64,000 bases of DNA from Shinella sp. (GTDB taxonomy: Bacteria > Pseudomonadota > Alphaproteobacteria > Rhizobiales > Rhizobiaceae), in NCBI RefSeq assembly GCF_035998705.1, contig NZ_DASYHH010000021.1, forward strand, positions 141,036 to 205,035. Reading direction: 5' to 3'. This document shows positions 18,775-28,548 of this stretch, piece by piece; positions within the stretch are counted from its first letter, which is position 1, and each line of letters begins with the position of its first letter. Below the pieces are notes generated by a model, which saw nothing but the letters and a program-made list of their open reading frames with translations, made no database searches and had not been told where the DNA came from. A program made the translations under genes and the position numbers.

Positions 18775-20832
18775 TTGCTGAACAGTGATTTCCAGAATTC
18801 GATCGTCGCCGGCGAGCAGGAGCGCCGGGATGGCATGGTGGGCAACCGTCTGCTGGGGCGCATCGTCGCCTGCAACGGGTCCCGCGCCACGATCAGCGCT
18901 CTCGCCGAAGGCGGCCAGACGGCGCTGACGGAACTCTGGGCGGTTGGCCGCCTCATCTCCATCTCCGTCGGCCGCAACCGCCTCGTGGCGCTGGTCTACT
19001 CCATGTCCACCGACCAGCAGAGCTGGGTGGAAAACCACGACACGGTCTTCCGCATCGAGGTCGAGCTGCTCGGCGAGGTGAATGTCAGCGCGGACGGGCG
19101 CGAGACCTTTTCCGCCGGCATCACGGACTATCCCCATCTCGGCGCGATCGCCCACCGCATCCGCGCCTCCGACCTCGCCAAGGTCTACGACACCGGCAAG
19201 AACGACGTCTGCACGATCGGCAAGCTGACGCAGGACGAGACCCTCGACGCGACGATCCACGTGCCCTCCATGCTGGAGAAGCATTTCGCCATCGTCGGCA
19301 CGACCGGCGTCGGCAAGTCCACCTCCGTCACGCTGCTGCTGCACAAGGCGATCCAGGCCGATCCGCGCCTGCGCGTGCTGATCCTCGACCCGCACAACGA
19401 ATTCGCCTCCGCCTTCGGCGACCTCGCCGTCGTCATCGATACGGACACGCTCGACCTGCCCTTCTGGCTGTTCCGGCTGGAGGAATTCGCCGAAGTCGTC
19501 TTCCGCGGCCGCCCGCCGGTGGCGGAGGAGATGGATATTCTCCGCGACCTGATCCCGGAAGCCAAACGCGCCTTCCGCGGCACGAGCGAAAACGGCCTGA
19601 TGCGCCGCGCGACCGAAAAGAGCTCGGTGACGGCAGACACGCCCGTGCCCTTCCGCATCGCCGACCTGCTGGCGCTCGTCGACGAGCGCATCGGCCGGCT
19701 GGAGGGTCGTGCTGAAAAACCGCATCTGCGCTCGCTAAAAGTCAAGATCATGTCGGCGATCAACGACCCGCGCTACCATTTCATGTTCTCCTCGAACACG
19801 ATCACCGACACGATCCTCGACACGATCGCCCGCATCTTCCGCATTCCCGGCGAAGGCAAGCCGGTGACGACCTTCCAGCTCGCCGGCATCCCGTCGGAAG
19901 TGGTCAATTCCGTCGCCTCGGTGCTCTGCCGCATGGCCTTCGAAATCGGCCTGTGGAGCAATGGCGGCGTGCATATGCTGGTGGTGTGCGAAGAGGCGCA
20001 CCGCTACGTGCCGGCCGATCCCAAGCTCGGCTTCACGCCGACGCGCCAGGCGATCGCCCGCATCGCCAAGGAAGGCCGCAAATACGGCGTCTCGCTCGGC
20101 ATCATCACCCAGCGTCCCGGCGAACTGGACCCGACCATCCTCTCGCAGTGCTCGACGATCTTCGCCATGCGTCTTGCCAACGAGCATGACCAGGAGATCA
20201 TCCGCTCGGCGATCCCGAACTCCTCCTCCTCCACGACGAGCTTCATCTCCTCGATCGGCAATGGCGAGGCGATCGCGTTCGGCGAGGCCGTCGCGGTGCC
20301 GATGCGCATGCGCTTCACGCGCGTCGAGGCGGACCGCCTGCCGAAGACCAACGGCACCGGCGTCAAGGTCACCGACGAAACGCCGCAGAGCGTCGACCTG
20401 CGCTCGATCGTGTCGCGCATGCGCGCGATCTCCGGGCCGGATATTTCGGGCTTCCAGAATTCCTACCTCGCCTCGCAATCCCAAGGGACGCTTCCGACCG
20501 GCTACGAGGATGCGCCCTACGAGGACGAGGAAGATTATATCGACACGCTCCAGGCGGCAGCAGCACGACCGGCAACGGCGCCCGCACCGGAACCCTACCG
20601 CCCGGACATGCTGCCCGGCGCCCAAAGCGCCTACGAACCGTCGACGCAGGAGCGTTTCGAAACGATCCGCCGCGAGCTCACCTCCGAGCCCCCGCGCCCG
20701 GCCGCCGATCCCTACCGCCAGCCAGCGCGCCCCGCCCCGGCCTTCGGCGAGCAGCAGGAGCACCGACGCGAAGGATCTTCGATCCGTGAGCAGCTTCTGA
20801 AGAAACCGTTGAGCAGCCTGATCAGGCGCTAG
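18775..20832 (+). CDS. HerA-like (DUF87/DUF853) ATPase
   Basis: N-terminal barrel-like region, Walker A GTTGVGKST, ILDPHNEF, Walker B CEEAHRY, KEGRKYG, TQRP; P/A/E-rich tail. Confidence 0.88.
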   Translation: MLNSDFQNSIVAGEQERRDGMVGNRLLGRIVACNGSRATISALAEGGQTALTELWAVGRLISISVGRNRLVALVYSMSTDQQSWVENHDTVFRIEVELLGEVNVSADGRETFSAGITDYPHLGAIAHRIRASDLAKVYDTGKNDVCTIGKLTQDETLDATIHVPSMLEKHFAIVGTTGVGKSTSVTLLLHKAIQADPRLRVLILDPHNEFASAFGDLAVVIDTDTLDLPFWLFRLEEFAEVVFRGRPPVAEEMDILRDLIPEAKRAFRGTSENGLMRRATEKSSVTADTPVPFRIADLLALVDERIGRLEGRAEKPHLRSLKVKIMSAINDPRYHFMFSSNTITDTILDTIARIFRIPGEGKPVTTFQLAGIPSEVVNSVASVLCRMAFEIGLWSNGGVHMLVVCEEAHRYVPADPKLGFTPTRQAIARIAKEGRKYGVSLGIITQRPGELDPTILSQCSTIFAMRLANEHDQEIIRSAIPNSSSSTTSFISSIGNGEAIAFGEAVAVPMRMRFTRVEADRLPKTNGTGVKVTDETPQSVDLRSIVSRMRAISGPDISGFQNSYLASQSQGTLPTGYEDAPYEDEEDYIDTLQAAAARPATAPAPEPYRPDMLPGAQSAYEPSTQERFETIRRELTSEPPRPAADPYRQPARPAPAFGEQQEHRREGSSIREQLLKKPLSSLIRR

Positions 20833-21733
20833 AGGATAGCGGATCGATCCGCTGCCAGCCATCGTCGAGCTGGTTGCGGAACCAGGTCATCTGGCGCTTG
20901 GCATATTGCCGGGTCGCCGCCGCGCCGCGTTCGATGACCTCGGCCTCGCTCATCTCGCCTGCCAGCATCGCCGCGATCTGCGGCACGCCGATCGCCTTCA
21001 TGACGGGCATGGCGGGCGAAAGACCGAGTGCCAGCAGCGCCTTCACCTCCTCCACCGCGCCGGATCTCAGCATCGCGGCGAACCGTCGGTTGATGCGGCC
21101 GGCAAGCACCGCGCGGTCGGGCAGCACGACGATCTTTTCCGCCCGCTCCGGATCGATCACCGCCGGCCCCGCCGCCGCCTGGAACGTCGAAATCGACCGC
21201 CCCGTCGCCTCCAGCACCTCCAGCGCGCGCAGGATGCGCTGGCCGTCGCCCGGTTTCAGGCGGGCGGCCGTCTGCGGGTCGCGCTCCGTGAGGTCCCGGT
21301 GCAGGGCTTCTGCCCCTTCAGCGGCGAGCCTCCCGCGAACCCGCTCGCGAACATCGTCGGGAATGACGGGCATATCCGCCAGCCCGCCCGTCAGCGCGCG
21401 AAAATAAAGGCCCGTGCCGCCGACGAAGACCGGCAGCTTGCCGCGTGCCCTGAGCTCCGCCACGAGGCCCGTCGCCTCGCGCTGCCAGTCGCCGGTGGAA
21501 TAGGCCGCACCCGCCGGCACATGGCCGTAGAGGCGATGGTCGATGCCGCCCATATCTTCCGGCTGCGGCCGGGCCGTGAGGATGTTCAGCGTGTCGTAGA
21601 CCTGCATGCTGTCGGCATTGACCACCACGCCACCGTGCTCGCGCGCCAGCCGCACGGCGAGCGCGGACTTGCCGCTTGCCGTCGGGCCGGTTATCAGGAT
21701 CGCGTCCTGCTTTCGATCAAGGTTTCTCATCAT
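20822..21733 (-). CDS. miaA: tRNA dimethylallyltransferase
   Basis: GPTASGKS, NADSMQVY, FVGGTGLY, TRQYAKRQMTWFR. Confidence 0.96.
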   Translation of the reverse strand: MMRNLDRKQDAILITGPTASGKSALAVRLAREHGGVVVNADSMQVYDTLNILTARPQPEDMGGIDHRLYGHVPAGAAYSTGDWQREATGLVAELRARGKLPVFVGGTGLYFRALTGGLADMPVIPDDVRERVRGRLAAEGAEALHRDLTERDPQTAARLKPGDGQRILRALEVLEATGRSISTFQAAAGPAVIDPERAEKIVVLPDRAVLAGRINRRFAAMLRSGAVEEVKALLALGLSPAMPVMKAIGVPQIAAMLAGEMSEAEVIERGAAATRQYAKRQMTWFRNQLDDGWQRIDPLSSSA

Positions 21734-22622
21734 GGCTTTCGTTGCCACGCTTGTCGCCAATCCGTCAAATCCTGTCCTGACCCCAGCGCTCGCCGAAAAG
21801 GCCGCCGATCAGGTCAAGGCCTCCGGCCTCTACTGGCTCGCCGACGGCATCGCCTGCGACATCGCACTGCGCGACGGCAGCGATATCGCGGCCGCGCGCG
21901 ATACGATTCTCGTGGCGATCGGCAACACGCCGATCGATCTCGCCATTCAGGACGCGGAGACGCGGCGCAAGAAGCTGCTGATCGCCGACATGGATTCCAC
22001 CATGATCGGTCAGGAATGCATCGACGAGCTTGCCGCCGAAGTCGGCCTCAAGGAGCGGGTCGCCACCATCACCGCGCGCGCCATGAACGGCGAGATCGCC
22101 TTCGAGCCTGCCCTTCGCGAACGTGTCGCGCTGCTGAAGGGCTTGCCCGTCTCCGTCATCGACGAGGTCATCGAGAAGCGCATCACGCTCACGCCCGGCG
22201 GGCGCGAACTGATCGCGACGATGAAGGCCAGGGGCTTTTACACCGCCCTCGTCTCCGGCGGTTTCACCGTGTTCACGAGCCGCATCGCCGCCATGCTCGG
22301 CTTCGACGAGAACCGCGCCAACCTGCTCATCGATGCCGACGGCAAGCTCACTGGCGAAGTGGCCGAACCGATCCTCGGCAAGCAGGCCAAGGTGGACGCC
22401 CTCATCGAGATTTCCGAACGCCTCGGCATTTCACCGGAAGAGGCGATGGCCGTCGGCGACGGCGCCAACGATCTCGGCATGCTGCACCTCTCCGGCGCCG
22501 GCGTCGCTTTGCACGCCAAACCGGCCGTCGCGGCGGAAGCAAAGATCCGCATCGACCACGGCGACCTCACGGCACTGCTCTATCTCCAGGGATATCGCAA
22601 GTCGGATTTCGTGACGGCGTGA
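21732..22622 (+). CDS. serB: Phosphoserine phosphatase
   Basis: HAD motif ADMDST, LVSGGF, GKQAK, GDGANDL. Confidence 0.94.
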   Translation: MAFVATLVANPSNPVLTPALAEKAADQVKASGLYWLADGIACDIALRDGSDIAAARDTILVAIGNTPIDLAIQDAETRRKKLLIADMDSTMIGQECIDELAAEVGLKERVATITARAMNGEIAFEPALRERVALLKGLPVSVIDEVIEKRITLTPGGRELIATMKARGFYTALVSGGFTVFTSRIAAMLGFDENRANLLIDADGKLTGEVAEPILGKQAKVDALIEISERLGISPEEAMAVGDGANDLGMLHLSGAGVALHAKPAVAAEAKIRIDHGDLTALLYLQGYRKSDFVTA

Positions 22623-22700
22623 GCAAAAAAAGGCCGCTGAAGCATCGCTCCAACGGCATGATGCCAGCCGTTATTGATTTTGACGATTTCCCTCTGCCGC

Positions 22701-22855
22701 ACCCCCCTCTGCCCTGCCGGGCATCTCCCCCTCAAGGGGGGAGATCGGCAAGAGGCGCGGGCATTGCTCAAATTGAAGCGTCAAAGATGGGCGAGACGCT
22801 GCTCCATCCAATCTCCCCCCTTGAGGGGGAGATGCCCGGCAGGGCAGAGGGGGGT
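22701..22855. repeat. Intergenic inverted-repeat element (RIME/REPIN/MITE-like): two 45-bp perfect inverted arms with 65-bp spacer
   Basis: 22701-22745 is the exact reverse complement of 22811-22855 (ACCCCCCTCTGCCCTGCCGGGCATCTCCCCCTCAAGGGGGGAGAT). Confidence 0.9.
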
Positions 22856-22928
22856 ATCGGTGCCCCTATGCCGTCGGCATGAGTCGCCTTGGTGACGTGT
22901 GCCAGCAAGTCCCTGAACGGACTCACCT

Positions 22929-24458
22929 CTAGTCGATGCGCACGGTGATGTAGCGCAGCGCGCCGGTGCGGTTGGCGATCATCAGGAGCGCGTTGCGCCG
23001 GTCTTCCGTTTTCAGCTTGGCGACGCGGGTCTTCACCTCTTCGGCGGTCGTCACGGCTTCCTGACCGACCTCGACGATCACGTCGCCCGGCACGATGCCG
23101 CGCTCGGCGGCGGCCGATTCGGGCGTCACTTCGGTGATCACGACGCCCTTGACGCTTTCGACGATCTCGAAGGTCTTGCGCGCCTGCTCGTCGAGGTCGC
23201 TGATGCCCATGCCGAGGACCGTGTCGGCCTTGCTGGGCTGCACCTGTTCGCCGGTCTGCGGCGTCGTGCCGTCTTCGGTCGGGGTGTCCTCCTGGGTCAC
23301 CGCGTCGTCGCCGGCCTCCTTCTCGCCGTCCTCGAGGCGGCCGAGGGTGACCTTGACTGTCATTTCCTTGCCGTCGCGCAAGAGCACGACGTCGACGGCC
23401 TTGCCGACCGGGCTTTCGGCCACGACGCGCGGCAGGTCACGCATCTCGTCGACCTCCTTACCGTCGAAGCGGATGATGACGTCGCCGGTCTCGATCGAAC
23501 CGTTGTCGACCGGGCCGCCCTTGATGATGCCGGCAACGAGCGCGCCCTTCGCCTCGGCCATGCTGAGGCTTTCGGCAATGTCGTCGGTGACCGGCTGGAT
23601 GCGCACGCCGAGCCAGCCGCGCCGCGTCTCGCCGAAATCGCGAAGCTGCGTGAAGATGTTCTGCGCAAGCTCCGTCGGCACGGAGAAGCCGATGCCGATC
23701 GAGCCGCCCGACGGCGAGATGATCGCCGTGTTGATGCCGATGACCTCGCCCTTCATGTTGAACAGCGGACCGCCGGAATTGCCGCGGTTGATCGCGGCGT
23801 CCGTCTGGATGAAGTTGTCGTAGGGGCCGGCATTGATGTTGCGCCCGCGCGCGGAAATGATGCCGACCGTCACCGAGCCGCCAAGCCCGAACGGGTTGCC
23901 GATCGCCATGACCCAGTCGCCGATGCGCATGGTGCGGGAATCGCCGAAGGGCACCGCCTTCAGCGGCGCTTTCGGCTCGACCTTCAAGAGCGCGAGGTCG
24001 GTCTTCGGGTCGGTGCCGACGAGCTTCGCCTTCAGCTTGGAACCGTTGGCGAAATTCACCTCGATATCGTCCGCGCCCTCGATGACGTGGTTGTTCGTGG
24101 CGATGAAGCCCGAGGGATCGATGACGAAGCCGGAGCCGAGCGAATTGACCGTCTGCCCCTGGTTGCCGCCCTCGCCGCCTTCGCCCTTGAAGAATTCGTC
24201 GAAGAAATCCTGGAAGGGCGAGCCTTCCGGCACCTGCGGAACGGGCGCCTTGTCGTCGCTCTTGACGTTCTGCGAGGTGGAAATGTTCACCACCGCGTCA
24301 AGCAGGCTTTCGGCAAGATCGGCAACCGAATCCGGCCCTGCCGCCGGCTTCACCTGTGCCAGCGCCGGCGCGGCAAACGGTCCCCCCGCGATCAGCGAAA
24401 AACTCATCGCGAGCGCGAGTGCCGTTTGCGCTGCGCTGGACCTCATCTTCAAAGCCAT
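22929..24458 (-). CDS. degP: Do/DegP/HtrA family periplasmic serine protease, two PDZ domains
   Basis: Signal peptide; TNNHV, TDLALL, AINRGNSGGPL; PDZ repeats. Confidence 0.9.
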   Translation of the reverse strand: MALKMRSSAAQTALALAMSFSLIAGGPFAAPALAQVKPAAGPDSVADLAESLLDAVVNISTSQNVKSDDKAPVPQVPEGSPFQDFFDEFFKGEGGEGGNQGQTVNSLGSGFVIDPSGFIATNNHVIEGADDIEVNFANGSKLKAKLVGTDPKTDLALLKVEPKAPLKAVPFGDSRTMRIGDWVMAIGNPFGLGGSVTVGIISARGRNINAGPYDNFIQTDAAINRGNSGGPLFNMKGEVIGINTAIISPSGGSIGIGFSVPTELAQNIFTQLRDFGETRRGWLGVRIQPVTDDIAESLSMAEAKGALVAGIIKGGPVDNGSIETGDVIIRFDGKEVDEMRDLPRVVAESPVGKAVDVVLLRDGKEMTVKVTLGRLEDGEKEAGDDAVTQEDTPTEDGTTPQTGEQVQPSKADTVLGMGISDLDEQARKTFEIVESVKGVVITEVTPESAAAERGIVPGDVIVEVGQEAVTTAEEVKTRVAKLKTEDRRNALLMIANRTGALRYITVRID

Positions 24459-24585
24459 GTTCGGCATCCTCTTGTCCTGGGCATCGTGGCGAGTGTTTGC
24501 CGCGGATACGGCGAAAATCAGTCCGCCGCGTTGAATTTGATGTGAAGTCTTGCCCGTCTTCGCGGGCGGCTGCAAGCGGTCCTGT

Positions 24586-24774
24586 TCACCCGCCCCGAAT
24601 GAACCAGACCATGACCACGCCGAGCGCCACGGCAACGAGGCCCGAGACGCGCAGCTGGCTTTCCGGAATCTGCGGCAGCATTTCCGCCATGCGCTTCAAA
24701 ACCGAAGGGGCCAGTGCGTACACCAGCCCCTCGATGATCATGAAGAAGGCGATTCCCGTCAGGAAATCGGCCAC
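24586..24774 (-). CDS. DUF2065 family small membrane protein
   Basis: GTG start; IIEGLVYALAP..LRVSGL; usual position after hflC. Confidence 0.85.
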   Translation of the reverse strand: MADFLTGIAFFMIIEGLVYALAPSVLKRMAEMLPQIPESQLRVSGLVAVALGVVMVWFIRGG

Positions 24775-24778
24775 GGCG

Positions 24779-25729
24779 TCAGTTTGCCGTCGTCGGCGTC
24801 GTTGCCGTACCGTTCGTCGTTCCGGTCGCTGCACCCGAGGTGGCGGGCGTCGTGCCTGCCGCATCCTCGAAGTAGCGGAAGAATTCCGACTGCGGCGACA
24901 GCACCAGCGTTGTGTCGGACGACGTCATGGACGCAGCATAGGCGCTCATCGACCGGTAGAAGTCGAAGAAGGCCGGATCCTGCGAGAAGGCTTCGCCGAA
25001 GACGCGGTTGCGCTCGCCTTCGCCCTCGCCTCGCAGGATTTCCGAATCACGCTGTGCTGCGGCGATGAACTCGACGACCTGGCGATCCGCGATGGCGCGG
25101 CGGCGCTGGCCGGCCTCGTTACCGCGGGCGCGGATGAGCTCGGCTTCGGCAAGACGCTCGGCCTTCATGCGCTCGAAGGTCTGCTGCGAGACTTCCTGCG
25201 TGAGGTCCGTGCGACGGATACGCACGTCCGAGATCGTGAGACCCAGGTTCGAGGCGTCGTTCGTCAGCTCGCCGCGAACCTCGCGCATCATCGAAGCACG
25301 CTCTTCCGAGAGCGCGGATTCGAAGCCGCGCAGACCGTAGACCCGGCGAAGTGCCGCATCGAGACGGGTGCGCAGCCGCGATTCGGCCGATTCCCGGTCA
25401 CCCGAGACGGCTTCGCGGAAGCGGCGGGCATCGGTGATCTTGTAGACCACGAAGGCATCGACCTCGTAGAACTTGCCGCCCGAAACCTGGACGCGGATGT
25501 CGTCGAGGTCGAAGCGCAGCGCCTGGTCCTGGATATACTGCACGCTGTCGGCATCCATGAAGCCGAAGGGCAGCTTGAAGTAGAGGCCCGGTTCGGTCTT
25601 GACGTCCTGGATCTCGCCGAAGCGGATGACGATCGCCTGCTGGCGCTCGTTGACGACGAAGACCGACGAATAGGCGATGAACAGGAGAACGCCGACGGCG
25701 ATCAGAATGGTGGGTATACGGTTGCCCAT
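24779..25729 (-). CDS. hflC: FtsH protease modulator HflC
   Basis: SPFH domain; EPGLYFKLPF, RMKAERLAEA, DPAFFDFYRSM. Confidence 0.95.
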   Translation of the reverse strand: MGNRIPTILIAVGVLLFIAYSSVFVVNERQQAIVIRFGEIQDVKTEPGLYFKLPFGFMDADSVQYIQDQALRFDLDDIRVQVSGGKFYEVDAFVVYKITDARRFREAVSGDRESAESRLRTRLDAALRRVYGLRGFESALSEERASMMREVRGELTNDASNLGLTISDVRIRRTDLTQEVSQQTFERMKAERLAEAELIRARGNEAGQRRRAIADRQVVEFIAAAQRDSEILRGEGEGERNRVFGEAFSQDPAFFDFYRSMSAYAASMTSSDTTLVLSPQSEFFRYFEDAAGTTPATSGAATGTTNGTATTPTTAN

Positions 25730-26865
25730 TACTGAGTGCCTCCCGTGCTCTGCTGCTGCTGGGTCGTACCGCGGCCGAGTTCGTTCAGCGGCAGGAAGGG
25801 AACGACGCCCTGTCCACCCTGCTTCTCGTCGATGATGACCTTCTTGGAGTTCTTCATCACGCCTTCCATCGTTTCGAGGAAGAGACGTTTGCGGGTCACG
25901 TCGGGGGCCAGCTTGTACTGTTCGTAGACCGAGAGGAAGCGTGCCGCTTCACCTTCCGCTTCCTTGACGACGCGGTCCTTGTAGGCGGCAGCTTCTTCAC
26001 GCAGCTGCGCCGACTGACCACGAGCAAGGCCGAGCTTCTGGTTAGCATATTGGTTGGCTTCTTCGAGGAAACGGTCTTCGTCCTGCTCGGCGCGCTGCAC
26101 TTCGTCGAAGGCGTCGGCCACTTCGCGCGGCGGGGCCGCATCTTCGATCGCGACGGTGTTGATCGAGAGGCCGGCGCCATAGGCATCCATGGTCGCCTGG
26201 ATCGTCGTCTTCACGCCTTCCGCAATCGCCTGGCGGTTGTCGCGGAAAATGTCCTGGGCGGGACGGCGGCCGACAACTTCGCGCATGGCGCTTTCGGAAA
26301 CCTGCTGCAGCGTCTCTGCCGGATATTCGAGGTTGAAGAGGTAGGCTTCCGGATCCGTGACCGAATAGAGCACCGAGAACTGGACGTTGACGATGTTCTG
26401 GTCGCCGGTCAGCATCAGGCCGGACGCATCCGAGCCCGTGGCTGCCGTGCGGCGGCCGATATTCTGCTGCTGCTCGGTGATCTTGACGAGTTCGACGGTT
26501 TCGAGCGGCCAGAGATGGAAGTGCAGGCCGGGCATGGAGATTTCCTGCTTCGGCTTGCCGAAGCGCAGTTCCACGCCGCGCTCGTCCGGCTGGACGGTAT
26601 AGATGGAGTTCATCAGCCAGAAGACGCCGACGAGCAGCAGCGCGATGACGACCGCGCCGCCATTGATGCCGCCCGGCATGACGTTCTTCAACCGGTCCTG
26701 GCCGCGCCGGATGATGTCCTCAAGGTCCGGCGGGCCGCCATTGCCGCCTCCGCCGCCGCGGGGACGGTTTGGTCCCTGCCCCCATGGCCCTTGATTGTTT
26801 CCGCCACCGCCGCCGCCGCCGCCCCAAGGGCCGCCGCCGCCGTTCTGATTACTCCAGGGCATCAA
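25729..26865 (-). CDS. hflK: FtsH protease modulator HflK
   Basis: MPWSNQ + Gly-rich N-terminus, PPDLED, MLTGDQNIV, AFDEVQRA, GVVPFLPL. Confidence 0.95.
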   Translation of the reverse strand: MMPWSNQNGGGGPWGGGGGGGGNNQGPWGQGPNRPRGGGGGNGGPPDLEDIIRRGQDRLKNVMPGGINGGAVVIALLLVGVFWLMNSIYTVQPDERGVELRFGKPKQEISMPGLHFHLWPLETVELVKITEQQQNIGRRTAATGSDASGLMLTGDQNIVNVQFSVLYSVTDPEAYLFNLEYPAETLQQVSESAMREVVGRRPAQDIFRDNRQAIAEGVKTTIQATMDAYGAGLSINTVAIEDAAPPREVADAFDEVQRAEQDEDRFLEEANQYANQKLGLARGQSAQLREEAAAYKDRVVKEAEGEAARFLSVYEQYKLAPDVTRKRLFLETMEGVMKNSKKVIIDEKQGGQGVVPFLPLNELGRGTTQQQQSTGGTQ

Positions 26866-26894
26866 TACCTCTTTCTCTCAAATCCCCATGGAAG

Positions 26895-26990
26895 CATCTC
26901 CGCATTTCTCCGAAACACGAAAACACTCCATTTCTTGTTTATGCGCAGTTCCGGACGCAAAACCGCTTGGCGCTTTTGCCGGAACTGCTC
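26895..26990. repeat. Dispersed rhizobial palindromic repeat, copy 2 (longer; core 26945-26988)
   Basis: GCAGTTCCGGACGCAAAACCGCTTGGCGCTTTTGCCGGAACTGC matches 16595-16638. Confidence 0.75.
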
Positions 26991-27039
26991 CAGGCCGCAT
27001 CTCGCGGAATGTTTCGCCGCGCTACGCAAGGTGAACCCG

Positions 27040-27068
27040 TTATAGGTATCCCTCCGGCACCTTTCAAC
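27040..27068 (-). promoter_or_regulatory. Putative RpoH (sigma32) promoter for hflK-hflC-DUF2065-degP
   Basis: Minus strand GTTGAA-N16-CCTATAA, close to the rhizobial RpoH consensus CTTGAA-N15/16-CCTATAT. Confidence 0.6.
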
Positions 27069-27130
27069 AAATCCGCGTGACCTTGCGGGTTTGTGCGGCA
27101 AAATAGTTCGTGATCGGCACGATTTATGGT

Positions 27131-27652
27131 TTACGCAGCCGTCTTGCGGCGCCAGGTGACGAAGCGCATGGCGTGGCTGTCCTTCTCGCCCTGCGGGATA
27201 GGCTCTTCGACGACCTTCTCGAACGCTGCCGGATCGATCTCGGGAAAGCGCGTATCACCCTCCACATCCGCCTCGACATGGGTGACATGCAGCACATCCG
27301 CCCGGTCGAAAACCTGCGCATAGATCTGCCCGCCACCGATGACGCAGATTTCGTCGACGCCCAGGTCTTTTGCCGCGCGCCGCGCTGCCGCCAGTCCTTC
27401 GTCGAGCGAGGCGACGACCTGCGCTCCGGGAGCGGAGAACGTGGCATCGCGGGTGACGACGATATTCGGTCGGCCCGGCAGCGGCCTGCCGATCGAATCC
27501 CAGGTCTTGCGGCCCATCAGCACCGGCTTGCCGAGCGTCAGCTGCTTGAAGCGTTTCAGGTCCGACGGCAGGCGCCACGGCAGGTCGCCGTCACGGCCGA
27601 TGACGCCGTTTTTCGCGACGGCCACGACGAGAACGATCTTGGCTTCGGTCAT
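27131..27652 (-). CDS. folA: Dihydrofolate reductase
   Basis: AVAKNGVIG, LPWRLPSDLKRFK, MGRKTW, LPGRPNIV, IGGGQIY. Confidence 0.96.
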   Translation of the reverse strand: MTEAKIVLVVAVAKNGVIGRDGDLPWRLPSDLKRFKQLTLGKPVLMGRKTWDSIGRPLPGRPNIVVTRDATFSAPGAQVVASLDEGLAAARRAAKDLGVDEICVIGGGQIYAQVFDRADVLHVTHVEADVEGDTRFPEIDPAAFEKVVEEPIPQGEKDSHAMRFVTWRRKTAA

Positions 27653-27666
27653 GCGGCTTCCTGAAA

Positions 27667-28461
27667 TCAGACGGCGATGGGCGCCTTGATGGTTGAATCG
27701 GCTTCGTAGCCGATCAGGGTGAAGTCCTCGAATTTGAAGGAGAAAAGGTCCTTCACGTCCGGATTGAGCTTCATGAATGGCAAGGGTTTCGGCCGGCGCG
27801 TCAATTGCGTGCGGGCCTGTTCGAAATGGTTGGCATAGATATGCGCGTCGCCCAGCGTGTGCACGAAATCGCCCGGTTGCAATCCGCTCACCTGCGCCAC
27901 CATCATGGTCAGCAGCGCATAGGAGGCGATGTTGAAGGGCACGCCGAGGAAGATATCCGCGGAGCGCTGGTAGAGCTGGCAGGAGAGCTTGCCGTCCGCC
28001 ACATAGAACTGGAACAGGCAATGGCAGGGCGGCAGCGCCATTTCGTCGACGAGCGCCGGGTTCCAGGCCGAGACGATGTGGCGGCGCGAAGTCGGGTTGC
28101 GCTTGATGCCGTCGAGCACGGCGACGATCTGGTCGAGATGCCTGCCGTCATAGGTCGGCCAGGAGCGCCACTGGTAACCGTAGACCGGGCCGAGTTCGCC
28201 GTTCTCGTCGGCCCATTCGTCCCAGATGGTGACGCCGTTTTCGTGCAGGTAGGCGATGTTGGTGTCGCCCTTCAGGAACCACAGCAGTTCATGGATGATG
28301 GAACGCAGGTGCAGCTTCTTGGTGGTCAGCACCGGAAAGCCTTCGGAAAGGTCGAAGCGCATCTGGTGGCCGAAGACGCCGCGCGTGCCGGTGCCCGTCC
28401 GGTCCGGCCGGTCGCTGCCGTTTTCCATCACATGGGCGAGAAGATCGAGATATTGCTGCAT
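27667..28461 (-). CDS. thyA: Thymidylate synthase
   Basis: [36 protein letters not shown]. Confidence 0.98.
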   Translation of the reverse strand: MQQYLDLLAHVMENGSDRPDRTGTGTRGVFGHQMRFDLSEGFPVLTTKKLHLRSIIHELLWFLKGDTNIAYLHENGVTIWDEWADENGELGPVYGYQWRSWPTYDGRHLDQIVAVLDGIKRNPTSRRHIVSAWNPALVDEMALPPCHCLFQFYVADGKLSCQLYQRSADIFLGVPFNIASYALLTMMVAQVSGLQPGDFVHTLGDAHIYANHFEQARTQLTRRPKPLPFMKLNPDVKDLFSFKFEDFTLIGYEADSTIKAPIAV

Positions 28462-28548
28462 GGGCGCCGCCGATTCGTTGTCCAGCGTGAGATACTAAAG
28501 CGAGAGCGGCGGCGGCCATAGGGCGAAAACGGATTTTCCCGGTTTTCC

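Noticed and set aside
10353-20832. RecD-like helicase plus HerA-like ATPase as a defence system
   Set aside because: About 7 kb apart with unrelated genes between, no nuclease or effector partner, and both look like core genes.
26740-26860. GCC-rich repeats at the hflK 5' end
   Set aside because: They encode the usual Gly-rich HflK N-terminus; not a separate repeat element.
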